From Schizochytrium sp. TIO01 (lineage: Eukaryota; Protista; Bigyra: Labyrinthulomycetes), in contig SMSO01000035.1 in the NCBI GenBank assembly GCA_004764695.1, positions 4,600,040 through 4,664,039 of the forward strand: a stretch of DNA of 64,000 nt, given 5' to 3'. Both the position numbers and the translations under genes were made by a program. The first letter of the stretch is position 1, and every line of letters begins with the position of its first letter. Of the stretch, positions 35,817 to 44,789 are shown one piece after another. The notes below the pieces were generated by a model. The model ran no database searches and was not told the origin of the DNA. It saw only the letters and a list, made by a program, of their open reading frames with translations.

Positions 35817-36989
35817 ATGGCCTGCACTTGGGCTGCGGCATGGGTCGCGATCTGCCTTGCTTTGTTGTCAGCAACGGGGGCAAGGGCTGATGGGTTTGAC
35901 GAACTTGCCTCTTGGGTACGCCAAAACGACGGCCGGATTGATCGTAGGCTCGAGGTCCGGGCCGATGAGAATGGACTTCGAGGCGTGTTCGCCAAGGCAA
36001 TGATTCAGGATAAAACAGAGGTTATGGTGCTGCCATGGTCACTGGTCATTGGTAACAGCTCGTGGGCAAACCCTATCTCAGATCTTTGCGGGCTTGTATC
36101 TGAGTATCAGGCAATTTTGGAACGTGGCGACGATGAAAACAACTTTCACCAGCCGTATGCAAGTATGGAGGCGAAGGATATCTTTCGCCACCCTGCTTTA
36201 TGGACTGAAGAAACTCGCATGGAGCTCCAGGGCTTGCCTCCACAGGATACATCCCGCCACGTAGACTGGTTTCTATCAACTTGTGAGAAAGGGCCTGCCA
36301 CTTCCATCCGAGATTTGCCACTTGCGCGTCAGCGTGCATTCATAGTACTTATTTCCCGTGCTAGCGATCGCGGACTCATCCCTGGCTACGATCTTTTGAA
36401 CCATCATAACGGATTGTTGAATGTTCGGATAGAAACTCGCAAAGCCAACATCGCTTTGGTGACAGTAAAGAAGGTACATGCTGGCGAACAGCTTTATCTT
36501 TCATATGGCTCCGGGTGGTCTTACGAGATCTTCCGCGATTATGGCTTCGTGGAGGAATGGCCTCAGCTATGGGGATGGCCCGTATCACCCTTTGAGCCAG
36601 ACTTTGGGAACAATAAGTTTTTAGTCCTCCCTGGTGAGGTTGTAGAGTTACTTCCTCCAAAAGAACGAACCATTTCTTCCCTCCCTCTGGAGCAGCGAAT
36701 TGAGCATGCAAAGCAATGGACCGCCGGTCTGTTGCGTGAGGATTGTATGAAGTTTAAAAAATCTGCAGAAAATCTCCTCGCATCTCTTCCAACCACAGCA
36801 GATGAAGATGAAATAATTATCCAAGAGATGACAGCAAAGCAAGATGCACTAGATAACGAAGGCTTGGATGTTGTCGACGCGGTCCGTTATCGGTTAGCAT
36901 TTAAACGTGCTGTACAGCTTGCTTTGAAGACGGCCCAAGCTAAGCTTGAAAACGATGGAGGCACAACTCTTTCGCGAGATGAATTATAA
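35817..36989 (+). CDS. SET-domain (Rubisco LSMT/SETD3-like) protein with signal peptide and C-terminal RDEL
   Basis: ATG at 35817, signal peptide MACTWAAAWVAICLALLSATGARA. SET motifs GLRGVFA, LIPGYDLLNH, GEQLYLSYG and DYGF. LPTTADEDE resembles the LSMT substrate-binding region. Ends SRDEL*. Confidence 0.88.
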   Translation: MACTWAAAWVAICLALLSATGARADGFDELASWVRQNDGRIDRRLEVRADENGLRGVFAKAMIQDKTEVMVLPWSLVIGNSSWANPISDLCGLVSEYQAILERGDDENNFHQPYASMEAKDIFRHPALWTEETRMELQGLPPQDTSRHVDWFLSTCEKGPATSIRDLPLARQRAFIVLISRASDRGLIPGYDLLNHHNGLLNVRIETRKANIALVTVKKVHAGEQLYLSYGSGWSYEIFRDYGFVEEWPQLWGWPVSPFEPDFGNNKFLVLPGEVVELLPPKERTISSLPLEQRIEHAKQWTAGLLREDCMKFKKSAENLLASLPTTADEDEIIIQEMTAKQDALDNEGLDVVDAVRYRLAFKRAVQLALKTAQAKLENDGGTTLSRDEL

Positions 36990-37173
36990 GTTTCCGGCGT
37001 TGTGAAATCGACATATTACAAAATAATATTGTTAGCATGCCATCAAATCCTCTTTTTCGTTTTGCTTCCTTTACCCGGGATGTGTTTAGGTAGACACGGC
37101 CAGAGTAGAGAGAATGAGTCACAATACTACATGAAATATAAAATGATATGACTTTGAGTTACAGTTGGAAAAA

Positions 37174-38019
37174 TTAAGCATAGATTTTGTCGTCAGAGTG
37201 AACAACCTCCTCATCAAAAACGGGAGGGGGAAGAGAGGACATAAGAGGGACTTCTGGAATTACAACCTCAAAGGTCTTGCCACTTTCGACGTCCTCAAAA
37301 AGAAACGACCCTTCCATAGTTCCAGACTTTGAGGTTAATTCTGCACCGCTCACATACTCGAAGACTTGACCGCTGTCGTGCGACATGTGAAGAAGCTCTG
37401 GATAGAGGCCAACGACACCTTCAGCAAAGCGAGGCACTGAGGCCTCGATATCACCTTTGCCATTGCGAAAGATCCAGTGACGACCCACGAGACGGTACAC
37501 AGCGCGCGGATTCTTGCCAACGTTGGAGGCTCGCACGCGGTAAATAAACCATGAAGAGTCATCTGTGTTTGAAGAGTTTGTTGTGGTAATCTCAATACGA
37601 ACGCCCTCTTTGGAGACACCGACGTGGGATGAAGTGACCATGCGATAAAATGTCGGAAGCCATTGCAAGACACGTGATGATCGCTCCATAACTGCCATGC
37701 CGGCATCAACATTCTTGAAGTGCGACCGGGTAAGACCGACAAGGTCCCGGTAGGTAACGACAGGATCCTCTTGATCCTTAACCTCGGTAAGCTTATCAGC
37801 CCACGCTTCGCAGAGGTCTGGCTCAAGGGCCATCTTTTCCTGCCACATTTCCACACGGTCTTGCAAGGTTGGTGAACGCATTAGCATACGACCAGTGCCA
37901 AAATGTTCTTCTGCGATGGGGTCCGGAATGAGAGTCGGAGACATCTTTGTCCATTGTCCGGTGCCGCTGTGTCGTAACTCACGTACAATGACGCGGTACA
38001 TAGTCTTGGCCAAGCTCAT
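37174..38019 (-). CDS. ApaG (DUF525) domain protein, possibly mitochondrial
   Basis: ATG at 38019. ApaG motifs YRVRASN, RLVGRHWIF, EGVVGLYP, FEYVSG and GTMEGSF. Confidence 0.87.
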   Translation of the reverse strand: MSLAKTMYRVIVRELRHSGTGQWTKMSPTLIPDPIAEEHFGTGRMLMRSPTLQDRVEMWQEKMALEPDLCEAWADKLTEVKDQEDPVVTYRDLVGLTRSHFKNVDAGMAVMERSSRVLQWLPTFYRMVTSSHVGVSKEGVRIEITTTNSSNTDDSSWFIYRVRASNVGKNPRAVYRLVGRHWIFRNGKGDIEASVPRFAEGVVGLYPELLHMSHDSGQVFEYVSGAELTSKSGTMEGSFLFEDVESGKTFEVVIPEVPLMSSLPPPVFDEEVVHSDDKIYA

Positions 38020-39332
38020 GATGTTGTGATTGAATGACGGAAACGGAAAGCGATCCACTTGCTCCTTTTCTGCGTATACGGATGAGTTTGCAACCCTAGA
38101 CAGGTCGATTCTCTGTTTCCCTATCTCTGAGACTTAGGAAGTAAGTACGCTGAATGAGGTGGGCAAGGAGATAGTTTAGATGTCTGTGCTGTGATCCAAT
38201 TTGCAATTTGTAACGAATAAAGCACGCAGATGTTAGTTTATTAATGTTTTACGCACAAAACACAACACCGAGCAACCAACCAACCAACACGCTATCAAGA
38301 AATATCCTGAATTCCACGAGTCCGACACCCACCCCTTCACCCCGCCCCTTTTTCATGGTATATTCGCTATCTATGAGCAGGATGGAATCGATGATGAGCC
38401 CAGCCCATTCATCCAACTGTCACAAAGAAGCATGCTGACGAAAGTTCAAACTAATAAACTAAAGTCCAAGATCAGCGCCTCAGCCCAAGCCCAAGTTCTA
38501 GGCCCGAGCTCAATCTAAAGCTGAGTTTCACCTCTGGTACTCTCACTACCGTTTTAGCGGCCTCCCAATGCCGCTATTGACTGCCAGTGAGCATGAGCGT
38601 GGCACGAACAGTTTGCTCCAAAGTTTGGCACTTACCTTCTATCCTAGTCGGTTTGACGAAGCTCTGTCCCAGGCGTCGTAAGACCTCAACAACGGCACGA
38701 ACGAACGAACGATTCGCGGCGGTCGATAGGTCGATCGGTTGATTGATGATTTGAGGTTTGGACGCCTCAAAAGAAGAAGAAGAAGAAGAAGGAGACTGGG
38801 AATTGATTGGAATTGAATCGAGAAGAAATATTCAATTTATTTATTTTTTAATTAAAAAATACTCTTAATTAAAAGCTACATGAAAGTGATAGAAATGAAT
38901 ACTAAATATGTCTCCGAAAAACAGCACCAACAAACAGAATAAGAAGTTCCTATAAATTCATCGTCGTCATCTTCTTCTAGGCCCAGGAAAGACCAGGAGA
39001 ACAGAAAGCCAAGCTATCCAAACGAAGGAAACACCCAAAGAAAGCCGAGCCAGCGGCGATTACGCGAGGCCATTCGCTCTCCCACGGCCGGTGGAATGCA
39101 GCTTTTTCGAGGCAGATCTAAGCGAATAGCGGCGATTCTAGTCCTGCCCCTTACGTAGGACTTACATACTGTATGGTAGCACTTGCCCTCTCACGTAAAG
39201 GTGTCGCGTTTCTTTCTTTCTTTCTTTCTTTCTTTCTTTCGAGTTCTTTCTTGCGTAAAGGAGAGTAAGTTCTTTCAACAGCCTTATACCCAAAACCTTA
39301 GTACCTATCTACCAGTATGTGCTTACGATAAA

Positions 39333-39680
39333 GGAGCAGGAGTGTGGATGATGTATTGTCCAGCTACTCTAAACCCTAGCACCTTTACTTCCTTCCTCTG
39401 GGAGGTTTTTGTTCCTCCCTCACATCACGTATCTTCCAACTGGGAAAACAGGGGAAACCAGGGGAGACAAAAACAACGCTAAGGCTCCCACAGCGGCGGT
39501 ATTCTCCCAGACCCCCCACCTCCCCACACTGCTGTGCCTCCCTCACAAACCCCCAGTGGAGTGCAGTGGAAGCAGACTGATGCGCGGCTCTCAGAGCCCA
39601 AGGATTCACAGAGTCGAGGCCCGTTTGTGAGGGGCGCTCGTGAGGCAGTGGGCGCCCTCTCAGCCCACTGGGGCGTGACG
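39333..39680 (+). ncRNA. Structured non-coding RNA candidate, possibly telomerase RNA
   Basis: Template-like CTAAACCCTA at 39369-39378. Complementary pairs found by eye: 39336-47/39524-35, 39345-62 hairpin, 39393-400/39449-56, 39405-17/39461-74, 39539-50/39623-34 and 39551-59/39665-73. No credible protein ORF. Boundaries are approximate. Confidence 0.45.
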
Positions 39681-40001
39681 TCGTAGGACATAAACAGCTC
39701 AGCCGCCGTTGGCTTTGCCGCTGCCTCCGCCGCTCTACCCGCCCCAAAGCCCCTGAGGTCGACCATTGGCGGCCGTCAATGCGCCCCAGGGACCCTCCCG
39801 AGCGCCTCGACCCCGGCCTCCTCCGCCTGCGCCCTCCTGCTTCGCCACCTCTCGCCTCGCTTCCGCAGAGGAACCGCGGCGGAAGCGGGTGCGCGGGGTC
39901 CGGTATGCACGCGCCTCCCCGCCCGCCCCCCGTCAAGTACTATGGTGGTCACGATGGTCTCGCAGGCGGAGGAGACGTCGCTTCGATCGTCCAAAGTCGT
40001 C

Positions 40002-40107
40002 CAAAATTCAAAATTCAAAATTCAAGGTTCAAGATTCAAAATTCAAAATTCAAAATTGAAATTGAAAACTCAAAACTCAAAATTCAAAACTCGAAACTCG
40101 AAACTCG
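40002..40107. repeat. Degenerate heptamer repeat (CAAAATT/CAAAACT/CGAAACT) ~15 units
   Basis: Read directly. The unit drifts from CAAAATT to CGAAACT along the array. Confidence 0.9.
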
Positions 40108-40446
40108 CGATGGAATTGGAGATTGAGACCGCGAGAGAAGGCCGCGAGTGAGCGTGGCGGAAGGACTTGGGCGAAGGCGGCGACGTGGACGACGGCCGAA
40201 ATTGTGTGGGCCGAGGTGTGCGAGGATCACAGGAAGTGGCTCGAAGAGAGGGGGCTCTGTCTTCCAGGATCTTCATTTTGGAGTGCTCTCTTCCTCTGCC
40301 TTGTGCTCCTTTCTTCGTTCAGAGGCCGCGGAAGAAGGCGGCGATGACGACCGCGTGGATTTGATTTGGGTGGAGGCGGGCGCCTTGGCCATCGGTTTGC
40401 GGCTGCAGGCGATGATGCTGCTGGTTGCTCGACTGGAGGGCGGCTA

Positions 40447-40518
40447 GTTCTGTAGTTTTGCGGTTCTGAGGTTTTGCAGTTTTGCGGTGGTTTTGCGGTT
40501 CTGCAGTTTTGGGGTTTG
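40447..40518. repeat. Degenerate octamer repeat (GTTYTGCR) ~8 units
   Basis: gttctgta gttttgcg gttctgag gttttgca gttttgcg ... gttttgcg gttctgca gttttggg. Confidence 0.85.
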
Positions 40519-41760
40519 ACTGCGCTGCTCTCAGGTGCAGACAGCTGTGACCGCGCCGGTGACGGGAGCCCTGAACTTGCTTCGAGAGCTGGGTAGGGAG
40601 CGTGCTGGTCTCCTCCGGGGGCGGGGGGGGGCTCAGGCGACTGCTTTGGTTGCTCGTATCTGCCCTGTGTTCGATGTCTTCGCTGCTGTGATTGGGCCAA
40701 GTTCTGCCGAGTTCCGCCAAGCCTCGCGAAGTGATGATGTCCTATCTTAGCTGCCTCGCAAGTTTTGGAGAACCCGTTTCTCGCTCGCTCGCAGAGTCAG
40801 TTTACTCGGGCCATGATGCAGCTAGCCCTCACGAAGGCATCTGCCTCAGCGCGCCGCCGGAGAGGCCGCTGGCATGTGCGGCTGAGGTCGGGTGGCTGAG
40901 GCAGCACGCGCGGCGCCTCCATGAGCGATGTGCATGCTGCCGCAGCGCAGCTTTTCGCAAGGTGGCTAGCTGGCAGAGCTACCCGTAGCAGAGGCGCTCT
41001 TGGGGCAGCCAGCGGACGCTCTTCGCGGGTCTATCGTCGCTGATGAAGAGACTGCAACGCTTGGCAAGATTGGCCATGCTGGCTGTGGCTGGAGAAAGCG
41101 CGTCGAGGATTGCTCAAACGAGCTCGGGGTTATGCTCACTCACCTCCTTGCAAAAAGTAAAGAAAAAGAGCGTGCTTCGAAGCTCCTGCTAGCTATGATC
41201 GCCGCAAAGCTTCTGCTTAGTCAGGCGCTTTGCAGCAGATCTCTTTCGAGCAGCACGAGAGAGGAGCGCTCGAATGGGAATTGTGCTGACGAACTGCGCA
41301 GGCACACTGCAGAAGAGTACCATGGCTCTGTCGTTTGGCGGAGGGAGTCTGTCTGAGCGAGCGATCGTGAGTTGTTGCCTGACTTCCACATTTACTGCAC
41401 TATTACAAGGGCTATCATAAATGTTCTTTAAAATAAAAGAAGGCTGAAAAGGCTACTATGAAATTTACTATATAGTATAAGTATTGGTGTCATAACGTTC
41501 GCCTATAAAGTGAAACTATTTGAAGATTAGTATGAGCTTTGAAGGAAGCGTTGGGGTCATATCCAGTGAATAAAGTTCCAACTTCTGAGGTTTGAGGGTC
41601 GAGGCTGACGCTATTGTGTAACACGCTCACCAAGATGCACTTCACAATTCGAAGCCGGGTGAAGCTCAGAAGGGGAGATGCAGTTTTGAAAACGTACTTC
41701 TGCGATTTTCTAATATCGAAAGAATGAAATATAGCGGTTTCAGCTTTGGTAGAATTATGC

Positions 41761-42062
41761 AGATGATAAACTACAGTGAATCCCTAGTTGAAAGCAAATA
41801 GTTGACGTGTTGAGTCGAAGATTAATTATTGTGCCTTGATCTAAAGATGACAAACTCGATGAAATCTCTCAACAGTTGACGTATTGAGTCGAAGATAAAT
41901 TCTTGTGACTCGGTCGGAAGAGGACAAATTACAATGCAATTCCTAATTTAAAGCAAAAGTTGCCATATTGAGTGGAAGATGAATTCTTGGGCCTTGATCT
42001 GAAGATGACAAACTACAATGCAATTCCTGGTCTAAAGCAACAGTTGACCTAATGAGTCAAAA
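41761..42062. repeat. Degenerate ~84-bp tandem repeat, ~3.7 copies
   Basis: Units begin at 41761, 41845, 41919 and 42003 (AGATGACAAAC...GTTGAC.TATTGAGTCGAAGAT...CCTTGATCT). The second copy has an internal 10-bp deletion. Confidence 0.88.
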
Positions 42063-42817
42063 ATCAACTATTTGCCTCATTTAATCTTTCAGTTTAAGGC
42101 GAGATCAAAAATAATGCACTGACAAGAACCCGATGATCGTTAGCGTTCCCGTACATGTGATCTGTGACAGTCCGAAAACCACGCGTTTCCAAGCCACAAA
42201 AAAAATAGTACAGTGAAACTAGCTTTCGTTGATTAAGCGCTACTGTAGGATTCGGCGCGGAGGTGGATAAAATTAGTAAGATCTTTCAAGTTCAACATGA
42301 TCAAAAAGCACAACATAGTTCAGGTGCTCATTCTTTCATGTAGAGGACCTGGTAAGTAGTTTACCAAACTTTTTTTTGCTGGTGTTGTTGATTCGACAGT
42401 TTTTAAGACAAGGAGATTTGATGAAAACTAAGCGGCAAGTTGAGAATGATTTTTTAAATGTATGTATAAGTATGTGCAGAGCAAAATAACTCTCTTTATT
42501 CACCATGCACGTAAGCTGGTTCGAATTGGCAGCCCTCCAGGAGCTGTGAGAAATTCACCTAGCTTACGTTCATAAGAGAAATGCAGCTTTGGCCACAGCC
42601 ATAGAATAATGACTTGACAAAGTCGTAGACCGTTTCAAGGCGGAAGCATAAGATTTGTAAATACAAAGGGGGGAGGATTAAAACAGAGTCGGTAGCACCT
42701 TCCTTGGCGATCGTGCTGATTTGTCCTGATAGCTCTCGAGCCTCAGCAATAACGCAAGCATGTGCTAGCAGACTAAAGGTGACAATTAAGCAAGGGCTTG
42801 TCCTAACAGACTTATGT

Positions 42818-43300
42818 CTAGACCCTAAAAGGTGAGACACGATGTACCATGCTACCCTTCTTGACCCAGATCTGGCTGCAAGAGATGCTGAAGCCAGACT
42901 CTGTGACCACTACGGAAAGGTCCTCTTTGCGCCCGATGTCACGCGTGCGCACCTCCAGGTATGAGCTCGGATAGTGCACGGACGTTCCCATAGCCTCTGG
43001 CTCAAAGATGTGCGTCACCTCCCCGAGAGAGCGCACATGACCTGTCAGGCAGGTATGAGTAGCCTGTACGGCCTGGCGAGGCCCCGCAAGGCTGGTTGAG
43101 GCCGGTTCCAGCGAGGAGGACGCCGCGTCAAGGGCCCAAAGACCATGGATCATCGCCGTAGTTTCATCACTATGGTTTTCAACATCCGTAGAGTTTGAGA
43201 CCGCACGCCACGCCAACGGAGCCGCTGCCGCAACGTTGGGCCGGCCGGGGAACTTTCCCACCTGGGAGACGCGCAGAGCGAAGCGACTGTGAGCGAGCAT
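42818..43300 (-). CDS. Hypothetical protein with mitochondrial-like presequence; weak Hsp20/alpha-crystallin-like segment
   Basis: ATG at 43300, 160 aa. Arg/Ala-rich N-terminus MLAHSRFALRV. YLEVRTRDIGRKEDLSVVVTESGFSIS loosely resembles the sHSP '...PG..KEDI.V.V....L.IS' segment. Confidence 0.4.
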   Translation of the reverse strand: MLAHSRFALRVSQVGKFPGRPNVAAAAPLAWRAVSNSTDVENHSDETTAMIHGLWALDAASSSLEPASTSLAGPRQAVQATHTCLTGHVRSLGEVTHIFEPEAMGTSVHYPSSYLEVRTRDIGRKEDLSVVVTESGFSISCSQIWVKKGSMVHRVSPFRV

Positions 43301-44789
43301 GGCGAGGTCTGTGCAAAGCACCAAGCGGACGAAGAGGCAAGAAGAGCGTGGACGAAGTGCAGACACGGACGTTACAGAGTTTTGGATTTGCAGGATGCAA
43401 TTGCGGATTTGAATTTCGTAGGTACCCACGTAGTATCAAGTTTTTCAAAGTTTGTTTTTTTATTCAAAGATTTGATTCGAATGAGCAGAGAACATTTATT
43501 TTGAATTCTCAGAGACAGAGGGAAAGTTAGCAGCGGATACTTCCTCCATACGCAAACCTTAGGACGAAGAGGAGCCGGACGCTTACTGCGGGAAGGTTAT
43601 TCCCTCTCTCTCCACTGGGCTCTACCACTGGTTTCTTTATCTCTTCCTTGCTGCAGCGCAAGACTGACCAGGATCTTTGGAATCAAACTAATTTCTTTTT
43701 CTTGTGAGGGCTCCACTGCCACCAAGACCTTACCTCCCATTCCCCACTTTATTTTTTAACTTTTGCCTCTTAATCCACTGGGATAAACTTTTACACTGCC
43801 TCACATGCGAAGTAGAAGTTTCCAAAGAGAGAGCGGTTTTTCGACCGCCTTGTGTTACGGCGCAAAATAGCGCCGAGGTTCATTTGGACCATTCTCAAGC
43901 GTCCCTATGTCTCCATAGGAACTGATATCACGGCCGTAGGAAGGCTTACTGGAACTGAAGTGGGCCAGTTGAGACTTATGATAATTGCAATGTTGCTTGG
44001 AAACCTACGTATCGATTTTCAGGAATTGCTTTCGTAGAAGTGTTGATACCCTTCCTTCAACGAAGGGTGGTACGTGTTCCATCACATACGTAGCGCTGTA
44101 AATTATGGCATGCAAGAAAATAATCAAATAAGAAGTTGGCCAGATTTGGTTACGGATTTTATATATCTTGTTTTGTGTTTATACAGTTCGAAGCCAAGCA
44201 ACAATCGTTTTCGTGCACTGATTTGCTCTCTGTGGTGTTGTTAGGCCTTCAAATGCGCATTTGCGAAGAGCCCACTGCATTACCTGATTCACTCTGCGAA
44301 AACCCAACAATATTCTATACTCTACTTTTCTGAAAGAAACAATTAAGTATTTACTTGTATAACGTATTTAGATTTGTCTGCTATAATGGAGTTTCGACTG
44401 GACGCAAGTAGACGAAAGGGAGCACAACTATGCTAAAGAACAGAACAATTGTTCAAATCATCGCCAAGATCGAACAAGAGCAATGGGATGAGCAATCGAT
44501 CAACTCAGAGCATCAATCCTTCGATCCGCTGAACGGATCCCGCACGGCAGTTTGAGACGGAGCGTATAGCCGCTTGCGCTGTCGGCGAAGTTCCCCTCTG
44601 CGCGGGCAAGCCAACGAGCGAGTGAGCAACACAGAGGAGCGCCAGATCGAAGACGCAGGTTGAATTTGCAGTAGCTTCTCGTGTTTTGACGACGCTCCGA
44701 AGCGGCAAGAGGTCTGTATCAAAAGACACGAGAAGGGCTCACAAGCGTGGATCAGGACATATATATATTATATTTTTTTGTAGAGGAGA

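Noticed and set aside
40002-40107. Heptamer array as an interstitial telomere
   Set aside because: The unit CAAAATT lacks the CCC/GGG core of a telomeric repeat, so it was treated as a simple repeat.
39385-41356. Many overlapping ORFs in the GC-rich 39.4-41.4 kb region
   Set aside because: No recognisable domain, and several run through simple repeats. Not called as CDS.
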